64,000 nt of DNA from Octopus sinensis (Eukaryota), in contig NW_021832123.1 in the NCBI RefSeq assembly GCF_006345805.1, positions 124,001 to 188,000 of the forward strand, written 5' to 3'. Each line of letters starts with the position of its first letter. Within the stretch, counting starts at the first letter, position 1. The position numbers and the translations under genes are program-made. This document shows positions 52,191-64,000 of the stretch, piece by piece. The notes beneath the pieces are model-generated. The model made no database searches, was not told the DNA's origin, and saw only the letters and a list, made by a program, of their open reading frames with translations.

Positions 52191-53843
52191 ATGCCAATGT
52201 TATATGTATATGATGTACATAACTTTATTACATTAATAGGATACCCCAAAGGAATCCAAATGTATGATTTTGGCTGTTTGTGCGACTATTTTTGGTTGCA
52301 CTCTCCAATTTGGACACGGAATTGCTGTGATTGACGGAATTGAGACTGTAAACTCATTATTTTACTGAATACTCAGTTTATCAGTAACTTGATATTAAAC
52401 GTCTTAAAAAGTCGTTATAAAGTCACTGAAAATAAAATCAAAAACACAGAGAATCTTGTCTATACTGGTATCGCCAGCATATTTGTGATTGGGACTATGT
52501 TCGGGTCATTTTTTGCACCTTTTTTGGCTGAAAAGATTGGAAGGAAGTCAGGACTAATCATAAATAACATTTTTGTTATAATTGGAGCCATTTTACAAGG
52601 ACTCTCTCAGAAAATGAACTCATTTGAAGTCATTTATGTTGGAAGGTTCTTTTCTGGTTTTGGAACCGGTCCTCATTTACTAATTAACCTCTGCAGGAGT
52701 AATCATTCCACTGTCCTTTATATATTTGATGGAAATTTCCACCAGGAAAAACCGAGGGAAATCTGCAGTTGCTAATCAGATTTTTATCTCAGTTGGAATC
52801 TGTTTTGGTCAGCTGATAACTTTTCAACAAATTTTTGGTTGATTGTCAAAACCAATTGTAGGGGTCCCGGCTTTGTGGCCGAATTCGTTTTCCATAGTGA
52901 TCCTTCCAGCCGTCTTATCTGCCTTAGTTTTGTTTTTCTGCCCTGAAAGTCCTCGCTGGCTGTTAATGAAAGGAAGAAAGACCGATGCTTATCATTGTCG
53001 ATTAACCACTTTTTAATTCTAGCTTTGCAAAAATTGAGGAAAAACCCAGACGTTGAAAACGAATTTGCTGAGATCATCAAAGACCAGGTGAACAGCATGT
53101 GTGAACCGCTGAGCATTTATGCTGTTTTAACCAATAAGAACTTGCGTCGACCTCTGAGTATTATTTCAGTTATTTTTTTTGTTCAACAATTCTCCGGAAT
53201 AAATATGGTTACTTGATTTACTTATTATCACAGATTCTTGCATTTTCTAACAAAATATATCGTGATGCTGGTCTAGCTCCTGAAAACATTCACTATGCAA
53301 TTCTTGGGTCAGGAGTAGCTCTCGTTATTTCGTCTAGTCTGGCCGTAAGTTTTGTTTTCAGTATTTCCAGGGAGTTCTCATCGATAGGATTGGACGGAAA
53401 AAACTTTTACTTTATCCTCTGGCCGTTATCATTGCAATGCTAATATTGGTTACTGTTGCTTTGGTCAAAAAAGTTCATGTTATGGCCATTGTGTGCATAT
53501 ATATTTTTATGCTCTGTTTTTCAACAAGTCTTGGGGTTATTCCTCAAACTTTAATGGTCGAATATTTCCAACAAGATTCCCGCTCAGCCGCTTCCTCGAT
53601 TGGAACTTTTGTTTACTCTTTGTCCAATTTTTTAGCGTTTTGGATTTTTAGACCTTTTATAGCAAATGTATATTGTTATATTTATATTTTTAGGACGCGA
53701 TAAAAAACTATGTTTTTGTCATTTTTATTTTTCTATGTTCACTGAGTCTAGTCTACCTGAAAACTGTGTTGGTCGAAACTGCCAACCGAACTTTCGCAGA
53801 AATAAGTCGTGAATTTACCAAAAATCAAGTATCAAAAGTATAA
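52191..53843 (+). CDS. Facilitated glucose transporter (SLC2A/GLUT, MFS sugar porter), multi-exon
   Basis: LQFGHG, SIFVIGTMFGS...KIGRK, VGRFFSGFGTG, YLMEISTRKNRG, PESPRWL, QQFSGIN, DRIGRK, EYFQQDSRSAA, VETANRTFAEI. Confidence 0.9.
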
Positions 53844-54014
53844 TTCACAAACTAACATTTAATAACAAAAATTAATTTTGATTCAAAAATTGAATAATAA
53901 AATATAAAAAACTACTCGGTCTGATTTTAGCCATAATTTAAAACGTTATGGTTAGAAAAGCTAAACCGTAAAATTGTTAATATAAACAGATTTCGAGTAG
54001 AGAATAATATATTA

Positions 54015-55278
54015 TGTCGCGTCCCACACGAGCTACCCATCCCATGGTGGTTACATGTCACCTGTCAATAAATAATAATGCCTGTCATGGTGACTGTCAA
54101 ATTTAATAATTAATTTAATTGCATTAATTTCTAATCAATAATCGTTTCAACAATAAAAATTTATTAAAATAAAGCGTCTACGTTTTTTTAACTTGATTCA
54201 TATTAACTATTTTAGACTTCCCGGAACTTGTTTTAATCTGTTAAATAAAATAATAATAAAATAGACCTCTAGTCGATTGTTTGACAAAATTTGAACAACT
54301 TCAGCAGGTTCTCCATATGGGGATTCAAATCGGTTTAGCCTTAGGGAAGGATTTGTCCCAAAATCCTTTAGAACTCTAACCTAACAATTATTCACTAAAA
54401 TACTCCGCTCCCAATTGAAAAATCGTATTTCGATTGATGAACATTCATTTTTTTATTCATGCGTTTAAAATATGGTGAATTTAAATTAGGTGGAAAAAAA
54501 TTCAATATAAAATCACTAGCATCAAGTTGTCTAGCATATGTTATTCAAAATTTACCTGAAACATCTAAAATATTTTCTACATCCATATCCTCTGATGATA
54601 CATGATAAAAATCATCCAAACACTCACTTTCTTTGAATCGTTCATTTGGTCTTTTGGCAATCACATGGTACTTAGAATCTGAAACCTGCTATATAAGTTT
54701 TTTATTTTATACTTTAAGTGGAATGGAAAACTTGCATATTGAGCACTCTTTGACGACTCGTTCGATAATTTTACGCTTTATTGTAAAATAAGAGTGTAAA
54801 CATTCCTGTTGCAGTTTACGAATTCCAGAATGGCTATTCCGGTGAATAGAATCTGCAATAGTTTGCATCTCACTCTCATTATCCATGCATATAACTAGTT
54901 TGTGCTTTTGAAATCTTTCGTCTTTGAGGTATAAGCATTCATCAATGACAATAAATTTAGTGGATTTTTTAGTTAATTTATATTTTATTTGTCTTGAAGA
55001 TGTCTGTACAGGTTGGCCATTTAAAATATTGACTATAGTATGATATTCTGAGATATTTTTTACAAAACCTATTATTACATATACAGGGGAAAACATTTTA
55101 AAGAGGACATGTTGAAAATTGAATAATAACGCTAAAAATATTAAATATGCCCACACGAGTAACGAATGATTAAACCACATTAATTATGACATCTGACAGC
55201 CAATGACCTCGTAAAAATGATTGATTGACAGGTGACATGTAGCCAGCATGGGATGCGTAACCACCATGGGACGCGTCA
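54015..55278 (-). mobile_element. Ginger-like DNA transposon, internally deleted (integrase core lost)
   Basis: ~55-bp imperfect TIRs (TGTCGCGTCCCA...CATGTCACCTGTCAAT), 5-bp TSD TATTA (54010-14, 55279-83); HRNSHSG...CSIC and KDFGTNPSLRL retained, DDE core missing. Confidence 0.88.
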
Positions 55279-55599
55279 TATTACGATGAATAATCTGACG
55301 TGTATTTAAGGATTATCCAACCGATGTATTAACCAGAACAACGAGTAATGATTCATTTTTAATTAATGCGTCTGCTCTCAGTTAATTCTCCTCTTAGAGC
55401 AAAACCAATTTCTTCGATAGGCATACTCATCCCTCTCACAGGACGGCCTCCTCAGTGGCTGCAGTCGGCAAAGATTTCTGGTATTCTTCGACGGGATTAT
55501 TCTAAACTTATGTTTTTTATAAATTTTTCCAGATAAAAATCTGAGATTTAATACTCAAGATTATGACTTATTGATAAGGATGGTCTTTTAACATTTTTA

Positions 55600-57832
55600 T
55601 CTTACTTTAATTGACTAATCTTACAGAATACAATTCAAATATCATTCTTTAAATTTTAAAATCCGAAGTATCTCAAAATGGCTTATTAATATATTGCAGT
55701 CCTTAATATGGCCACTTCTGGCAGATATAAAGAATTTCGCTAAAAAAGTTTCATTATCGCAAAAAAACTCAAAATAAATATATTGACATTATCAAAGTTT
55801 TTTCTTTTTATGGTTCCGTTGTTTAATTCCTTCAATTTTCTAAAAATAGTTAGATAAATTCAAAAAAACCTCAAGATTGGCTATACATGTTTGCATCGAT
55901 CTCTAAATCAAATAAAGAACACAAAACCACCTTTCTTCTTAGCCCACAATTGAGGACAATGTTCTAAAAGAGTCAACAAATCACACACAACACCTTGATT
56001 TCCTCAATCGGGCGTTTTGTTATCTCAAATATTTTGACCAAATCATCGACGGCATCTCCTTCCGGGACAGTGCAATCCACGGATATTTCTGCCTTGATTA
56101 ACGCCTTGCTGAACTCGTGGTGTTCTTGTGCTGTATAGTCGCCTGTCTTATATTTTATATTGAAAAAATCCTCCAATTCGTGCTTGCTAACCCACGAACT
56201 GAACAAATATCAGAAAGCAGGTCATTTCTTACTATATTCCACTTCCAAAGTAGCGAATTAGGACTTTGTTTTCCGTAGAATTGATAATCTAATTATTGTA
56301 TTTTATGACCAACTTTGACTGGCCAGACTTTGTAAGTAGTGTTGTATAGTATCCTAAAATATTTTGACTCATAAAAAGTTGTGATTTCGGCTATTTAAAT
56401 CAAATTAAACCATTTTATATTGCAGGACATTGTACAATTTCAAATTCGATTTTTATTTGATCAAATTAATTAAATAAATATTTAGAAATTTACAATAATT
56501 ATTTAAAACCTCAAATCTTAAAATGTGTAATATTTTCAATCATACCTCTTAGGACAAGTTAGGGTTTTGTTTTTTAATAAAAATACGATTTCAAACTATA
56601 ATGTTAGTAAAGATTAAATAAATCAAATTATTCTCGGAAATAACAAATGACCAAAATTATTTAATTTTGTCTTGTTATGAGAATTTTTTCTACTTACTGG
56701 TGCTATAAAATAACAATTAAAACAAAACCAAACTCACAAACTGTCAGTTCCAATTCGTTACAGACTTCTTTGGTGTATGCATAGCCGTCCTCCAGAAATT
56801 CGCATTCACCAACAGTGTTTCCTTCAAACATGTACCTTTCAGTGGAATTCAAATAATCTGAATTATTGCTGCAAAAGTAATGCACCAAATAGAAAATAGA
56901 GTTTTTCATACGTGTCGATAACTGCAAGTCGACCTCCCATCTTTTCACAATTATTTCTTGCGTCCGATAAAATTTGTTTCTTTTTTATTATTTTGTAGCA
57001 AATATCTTTGTAGCAATTTGGTTTTCCTGTGATATAAAAATTGGCATTCACCTGTGTTTTCTGTGTATAGACAGTCCCATAATTTACTATCTAATCTTGA
57101 AATGTTTTTCTTGACTGATTCTGACAATTTACTGGTGAATAATACAATTAACTTACTATTTAGTTATTTCAATTAAGTTGACAGGATTCATAAGGCAATC
57201 ATTCGTGCAATTTCCTTCTGTGGCTTCCACGTGTCTAAATCCGAGGATATGAAATAATTCGTGAGCAATCGTATTCCCCAAGTTGACTTTTTCTTGTTTC
57301 GTCTATCAATTTGTTATATTGTGAGACATTAAGCTTTTCGAATGCCATAGCTATTGCATTCCATTTGCACACACTATTAAAAATTGCTATTCCTAATAAA
57401 TCAAACTGCCATGTTTCGTATCTATTAATTCATATTATCAGGTCAACGTCAAGAATATGATTGCGTCTACAGTGCTCATCATTTTTATGTAATTGTCCAA
57501 CAAATAAAAATTTGTAATGTTAAGATTCTTAAATTCATGAGGAATTATTTGTTTTATTTCGATCGTAGTTCTAATTCGGTCAAAATACTAGCAATATTTT
57601 GGATTTCTGGAAATACCGTCTGCACAACATTGAATACTTTTTGTATTTCTTCGTTCGGATTGTAAGCTTTATTGAATTTTAGCTAAAACTTTGAATCATA
57701 TGAATAACTGTGAGATTGTCATAAATAACCAAAAGTTCTAATCGTCTATCAAACTGTTTCACTAATATATTTAAATAAATTATTCATACCTTGCATAAAT
57801 GTAATCATCAAAACTAAAATATTTGGTAACAT
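55600..57832 (-). CDS. Secreted reprolysin-type (M12B) zinc metalloprotease fused to C-type-lectin-like domain(s), copy 2; 3' end uncertain
   Basis: Manual splicing: MLPNILVLMITFMQ...LELLVIYD...DAIIFLT...LLGIAIFNSVC...TIAHELFHILGFRH (57231-57263)...CLMNP Met-turn; then CYKDICYKII...ARNNCEKMGGRLAVIDT...VCEF (CTL); further exons CPKRFEVLNNY...AEITTFYES suggest a second CTL-like unit. Confidence 0.72.
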
Positions 57833-59318
57833 TATTTTTTAAGTACAATAGTACTATATATACTGAAAATATATTGATTCTTTAAAATAAATATCGTGCA
57901 CTTTTCAAATAAATATGATATTGATTCTTTAAAATTTGATACAAATTCGATTAATGTCAACATGAATTAGTAAAATGTTTATATCATTTATAAGTAATAA
58001 AAATAAATCGAGTTTAGAGGTGAGTTTAGAAGTTTATTTAGAAATATCAAACAATGAAAAAAAAATCAAACACTTAAAAATGCATGAAGACAGGTAAAAC
58101 AAGGGAAATAAAGGTGTAGACTGAAAGGTCTTTTTAAACTCTTTCTCATTTGTTTTCGAAATAAAATGAATTAAACATTAATGCAAATATCTTTTATTAA
58201 TATAACTTCGTTGCGTAACACGATGAGATCTTATCTATCTTTAAGCGCCTTGGAACGTGGTATATGAACAACAACAGAGGAAAGTGTAGGCCGAATAAAA
58301 CCATAAGTGAACGTCTTTATTGCCTCTACAGGGCGACTTCTTATAAACATTGACTTTAGAGTAATGTATAAACTCAAAAAACACAAGAATACATTATTTG
58401 TTCAATCTCAGAGCGTTTCATAAGACCCCTTTTGTATAGAACTACTTAAGTTGCGAGTTGCGTGTAATGTTCAAAATTCGTTTGTATTTTGTTTGACAGA
58501 CTGCGATGTTCTATATTAAAAATACTGTTTGGGATAATTTATAGATGATACAAATCCGTCTATAAATAAAAATACATCCTGCTTCTCTAATAGTGACAAG
58601 ACTAATGCAAAATGAATAAGTTTTTTTCCATAACCCCTGAATTGCACATCAGAATGGCAACCCAAGCACAAACAACAAACATAACTAGCTAATCAAATGC
58701 AAAGAGTTATTTGTACCGATCAACATACACCTCCAAATTTTCTTACTTATATAGCAAATAAATTACCAGCTTTTAGTTAGAATAAGTTAATTTTAACCTC
58801 AATCCAATGTTTAAAGAAGTAGGTTCTTAATAAATGACAATGGCCTTATTTTGTACGGTTCGGTAGGGGCTCAAGTTAAGAAATATGACATCAATATCTG
58901 CAATTTAGTTATACATTGCCAAATTGAATGCTTTATCATATTTATATATTTTTTGAAAATGTGAAAGTACTTAACATAAGTTTCTTTAATTTAATCGTTT
59001 TGTTGTTCGTGATTAAAAATTTCCACATTGAAATGATAATAATTTTCCATTTATATTTTTCTTTAAAACTTTGAACTTGAACTATTTTTTAACATCTAAA
59101 TAAAGTTGACTTTGATAGTAATGAATATTTCATTCTCGAAGAGTCCATTAACTTTAGAAGATATAGGTAATATCAAGTTTGTGATTTTAGAAAAATAAAA
59201 TGCAAAATGATAGTCGAATACTTTTAAAAAGCCGACATTCAAATTTACTTTTTTGAAACTGTTTGAAACATGTTTTAAATAATCGAATCACAAGAGAAAA
59301 CATCAAGGAAAAACGTGA

Positions 59319-61069
59319 TCACTCAACTCGACTGAGAGGCGGCACACGACTGACCCGAACAAGTCCTCGGTCAGTCCTCATTTGTGCCTCCTTCCAAACT
59401 ACGCCCAAGTCATCCCCAACTTTCATGTGACTCTTCAATCCATCATACAAATCCTACCAAAATACGTGGAAGCACTTTTTTCTTAGCATTAAGTTGAACT
59501 TGATTTGTCTGAGGAGGAAATCCATCAAAATAAACGACATCCCCCGCCTGTGACTGTTCAGGCACAATCAACGGCTCCACTCTGCCAACATCACCACAAA
59601 CCAAACGTCTCCCTCTCCTCTGATTCATCCCTCCTTCCCTTAGCACACATAATCATCCCCTCAGACATAATCCCCCGCAAATTCGCCGGCTTCAAATTCA
59701 CCAAAAACACAAAATTATTTCCCGACAATTCCTCTTCAGTGCACGAATTCACCAACGAAGAACAAATTGTGAGTATTCGGCCTCCCCCCACGTCTACCCT
59801 CTCCACAAATAACGAATCCGCGTTCTCGTGCTGCCACTTTGATTAAAAAACTAACTTTTTTGACGGAAATAATTTTCCCAACACGGAAATCGCAGACAGT
59901 GGGGTCAGAAACAACGGATTCAACGGTAGGGGTCACCACACGTGCTTTATTATCACCAGGATACGCCGAGGTGACAATCTTCTGCATTTTTGGCGACTCA
60001 AACGCCTTTAGAATTGGGGCAAGAAGATAATTTATTTCCCGTGAAAGTGCAGCCTTGACATCGGCAGGGTGAAGTTTAAGAGACAAAAAGTCCTCCTCAA
60101 CCTGCTCGTAGGACAAGTACTCGACAGTCCCCAATTCAGGAGACTCAACAAAGAAGACTTTGACAGATTTAAAGTCGAGGATTGGAAACACGACCATTTT
60201 AAGAAATGCGAGGACTCCGTTGTCCTCGAGTGACCCCGGCATACAGAAAGCCTTCCTGATTTTATTTTGAACCACTTTGGGTGGGTCAAGAAAGTCAATT
60301 TTAGAATCAATGTCTGAAGCACTCATTTTGCCCCCCGTCAGTCCAGGAACTACAATGAGGGGGAAATAGTGACCCATTGGGTTCATCAAATGAGCTCTCT
60401 TGGCATACCCCAACTGTGGGAGGTACTTTTCCGCGAATGTAAAAATCTTTCTTTGATCGACTCCCCCGAACTGAGCATCCACTTTGAGATATTCTTCATC
60501 GAGTGCCTGAAGACAGGGATAAAGCAATCCCCCAAGGAGAGGATGGTCCACTTGTTTGACCACCTCACTTCCTGCCTTCCTGGCATCGTGTTGAGTCACC
60601 AAAGTGGTCATTTTAAACATATCAATCACATAGTTCCTATTTGTAGTCAAAATTACTCGACCTGTCCAATTGGTAGTCAGTGCCCTTCACAAAAACAAGG
60701 TCGTCGGTGGGGATTCCCAACGAGGACATGACTGCGGATATCACCTCCCGGTAGTAATCCACTCGGTGGTTGACCAGGTCCCAACCGGCCTTCAGGTTAT
60801 CGAGAACAGCGTGGAGATCTGCCAAGAGAATTGTGACTTGGCAGCCCGCTTTGAGGAGTTGTGCTATTTTTACTAGTGGCACAAAATAGCCAATGTGGGG
60901 TTTCCCTGTGGTGGCGGTTCCCCAGTACACTTTGAGAGGGCGATGGGAAATAATTTCTTTTATTTTCTCCTCTCCTAAGACTTCCTAGGAGTCTTTAATG
61001 TGATCTAACCTGCAGTCCTCGTGTTATTAAAGAATATTTCTCATCAACGTTTACAACCACACGTGACAT
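59319..61069 (-). CDS. YARS1: Cytoplasmic tyrosyl-tRNA synthetase with C-terminal EMAP-II-like domain
   Basis: GLQ|EVLG (25-nt intron 60985-61009), [71 protein letters not shown]. Confidence 0.95.
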
Positions 61070-63071
61070 TTAATTAATTAATGCTGTTGACAAAAAAATT
61101 ACAATTTTAAATAAACATTCCCAACTTCATTCTCAAAAAAAATTGAACAAGTCAACAAACAATATATTCTCTCTGTACTAAATTACGCAAGTTTAAAGTG
61201 GGTTTTCTGTCTATCTACATGTTCCACTATAATACTTTGATCAGTATAAAACAAGGCTATGAGCCTGAAATGAACACTCATCGACCATCTGGACTATTAT
61301 GTGACATGGGCTGCGCGATACCTATGGGCCGCGTGATACCTGACGTGACCTTGAAATGTGCAATTATGACATTGATGGGATTAAATTATAAATCTTTTAA
61401 TTAGACCGCGACTCATTCTTATCATTTAATAATTTACTAAATTAGCTAAAGACTCTCTCATTTTGACAAAAAATTATATTTGTAGGAATTTAATTATCAG
61501 AAATTGATTTTTTGGTGGAAAACCTAAATTTCTTGAGTTATTTCTAGCGTGCAAGTATATTTTGCAGCAATGTCCTCGTACAAAGGTTATGTAAAGAATA
61601 GTTTGGAATATCAAATTTTAAAAGATGCTTTACAGGATAAATTTCATGAACATCTTACAAAGCAAAAAAAATATAGACTAGTTAAGAAAATTGAAAATTT
61701 TACTGTAATTAATGAAAGGTATCATACAAATTGTAAATGTATAGATTGTATCTTAAATGTGAGAATTCAGATCACAAGCTAGTGATTTGTCTAGACAATG
61801 AACCCGAAATGGAAATCGTTGCTAAAAGTTTGCATGACTTCTCGCATGGAGGAGTTAACAAAATTGAATATGAATGTCGACAACGATATTTCACAGTTAA
61901 AAATGAGATTATTCGAAAAGTCATTCGAAACTGTGAAATTTGTAAATTTGCGCGACCCTTAAAAGTTTTAACTTTTTTAAATCCTAGATTGGAGATATAA
62001 ATAACCATGTCTTTGCACTTGCCCAAATGAAAGATTTCAGATAGATCTTATAGATCTGAAAAGTTTTTCTACTATAAATAAAAATTTTAAATGGATTTTA
62101 ACGGTCATTGACGTATATAGCAGGTTAGTTTTTTCAACAATTTTTATAGATTTGCATTTGCGAGGCCGCTCTACACTAAGTCCTCAAATGAAGTTTGTGA
62201 AAACCTCAGATCATTATTTTTCTTAAATGGTCCGTGTCAATTTCTTCAGTCCGATAATGGGACTGAATTCAAGAATCGTGAAATGACCAATCTATGTGAG
62301 GAATTCAATATCAAACGAATTCACGGAAGGCCAAACAATCCCCGCTCACAAGGGATTGTCGAACGCTTCAACCAGTCAATTACAAGAAAAATGGCAAAAA
62401 TGATCGACAATGATAATAAAAAGTGCCTGAAAAAATTAGAAAATGCAGTGTACAGTTATAACATTTCTGTCCACTCATCTTCTAATGAGAGCTCTTTTGA
62501 AAGATACCGGGGAATAAGTGGAATAAATACAATATTTTATGGTTGTAATTATAAAATTATTTCTTAGATAATTGAAGTAATGATTTGTTGAGTCCTGATC
62601 AAGTCGATGATGCAAACAATTGTCCGAGTCCAATTGAAAATTCATGTAATTTGAATTTCTATATGTAGATGATTGTAATTATTCGTTTACAAGTCCGAAA
62701 AGATTTCAGTTCGAAATCAACCTCATTGATCCTAATTCTAATTATTACAAAGCGATGAACAGAAAAATGAATGTTTACAATAGTAAGTATGAATTTAGTG
62801 TTGGTGATAAAGTATGCATAAAAATTAATGTTTAGGTTCGAGTTAAAAAAGACTTTGGAACAAATCCTTCGTTGCGACTGGATAAGTTTGAATCTCCATA
62901 TTATCCATCTGCAGAAATTATCAGTATTTTATCAAACAATCGCGTTGAGGTAGTTTAAACATTTAAATTTAATAGATAAAAAATTCGATGAGCGAAATTT
63001 CGATTGTGCCAATGTCCAGACTTAAAAAATAATTAACAAGTTATTATTCTTTGAAGTTTAATATTAATTAC

Positions 63072-63667
63072 GAGTACGGTTTGCATCCCCTCGCTTGCCG
63101 GCGGAGTGCAGGTCGTGCCCCCCGTCACAGTGAACTCAACTCAGTCATACAGAGAGCCCTCGCTTCAGCAGGCATCCCGTCAATCCTTGAACCTGTTGGA
63201 TTGGATAGAGGGGATGGCAAACGCCCTGACGGCATGTCCACCTTCCCCTACGAGCAGGGGAAATCCCTTATTTGGGATTCTACCTGCTCGGACACGTTCT
63301 CGCTGGGAAATCTCGCTCTGTCCGCCGCCAATCCTGGGCACGCTTCCAGGCAGGCCGAGGAGCGAAAGATTCTCAAGTACGGCCACCTCTCCAACTCGCT
63401 GCTCTTTACTCCAATTTCCGTGGAGTCCTCCGGGATCTTCGGTCCCAAGACACTCCGCTTCCTTCGCTCGGTCGACGGATTACAAGGACTAGTCACGATC
63501 CAAGAGAGTTTTCTTGGCTTCTGGAACGTCTGTCGATTGCTGTGATCCGAGGGAACGGCTTCGCCATTCGCGAGGCTGGTCGGGTGTCTCGTGAGGCCTT
63601 TAATTAACTTAGCTATCTTTAATTTCTTTCTTGCTTTCATAACAAAGATTTAATATTAAAAAAAAAA
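63072..63667 (+). mobile_element. 5'-truncated CRE retrotransposon with poly(A) and 11-bp TSD, inside the Ginger 3' UTR
   Basis: GLHPLAC..GRAPRH..LN, DGKRPDG, IWDSTC; atattaattac at 63061-63071 and 63668-63678. Confidence 0.9.
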
Positions 63668-63683
63668 ATATTAATTACAATAT

Positions 63684-63755
63684 CGTGAGGCCTTTAACTA
63701 ACTTAGCTATCTGTAATTTTTGTCTTGTTTTATTTCCAAAAAAAAAAAAAAAAAA
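63684..63755 (+). mobile_element. Second, extremely 5'-truncated CRE insertion (3' end + poly(A)) with 10-bp TSD
   Basis: cgtgaggcctttaactaacttagctatc resembles the 3' end of the adjacent CRE; attacaatat at 63674-63683 and 63756-63765. Confidence 0.8.
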
Positions 63756-64000
63756 ATTACAATATTGACATTAAGTTAAGCTTCAAGGTCACGTCAGGTA
63801 TCACGCGGCCCATAGGTGTAACGCAAACCATGTCACATATTATACTAATCTTCTTAGAACATCCAAATATAAAAAAAACACAATTCCTATTCGTTTCCCG
63901 TAAATCCACTGCTCTAAATGTGCTAAATAAAAAATGGTTGTTCACTGAAGAATACGCCTGAAAAGCAATACTCCTAACTCAAAATTAATGGCCGAACCAA

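Larger units (their letters stand above)
61300..63837 (+). mobile_element. Ginger-like DNA transposon, full length, carrying two nested CRE insertions
   Basis: ~56-bp TIR TGTGACATGG...CCTATGGGCCGCGTGATACCTGACGTGACCTTGAA; TSD TATTA (61295-99, 63838-42); HDFSHGG...CEIC, FQIDLID, LQSDNGTEF, NPRSQGIVERFN; about six introns (e.g. 61719-61744, 61965-61987); stop 63030-63032; at least one frameshift. Confidence 0.92.

Noticed and set aside
56703-56730. Transmembrane anchor FVLIVIL at the end of the lectin ORF (also 44584)
   Set aside because: It lies inside a GT-AG micro-intron (gttttgttttaattgttattttatag)

Overview
Eukaryotic (metazoan) DNA from a highly compacted genome. Genes are interrupted by ultra-short spliceosomal introns (about 19-30 nt, mostly GT-AG, one GC-AG). 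The intron size and the animal-type genes best fit a dicyemid mesozoan or a similarly reduced parasite, which is an inference. Host genes recognisable after manual splicing: ALMS-motif protein, ASAP-type ArfGAP, TMEM55/PIP4P, endophilin A, PPP1R14/CPI-17, OBI1/RNF219, RABEPK, a divergent ARPC2, a mucin-like secreted peptide, a mini C/EBP-like bZIP, EXOC2, centrin, SEC22, GRAF/oligophrenin RhoGAP, ACADSB, DONSON, a GLUT transporter, TyrRS, and a duplicated secreted M12B (reprolysin-type) metalloprotease fused to C-type-lectin-like domain(s). Roughly half of the window is transposon-derived: several Ginger2/TDD-like integrase DNA transposons (TGT...ACA ends, TAWTA target duplications, host-sized introns), CRE-clade and R2/R4-like RLE retrotransposons, hAT, pogo, Merlin, Tc1 and a Helitron carrying a ~95-bp satellite. 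The most striking observations are: (1) CRE retrotransposons repeatedly inserted 40-55 bp behind the Ginger integrase stop codon; (2) a gene-scale C/A-to-G/T strand-composition switch that also affects introns; (3) DNA transposons carrying host-type micro-introns at family-specific positions. Exon boundaries were read by eye and many gene ends are approximate.
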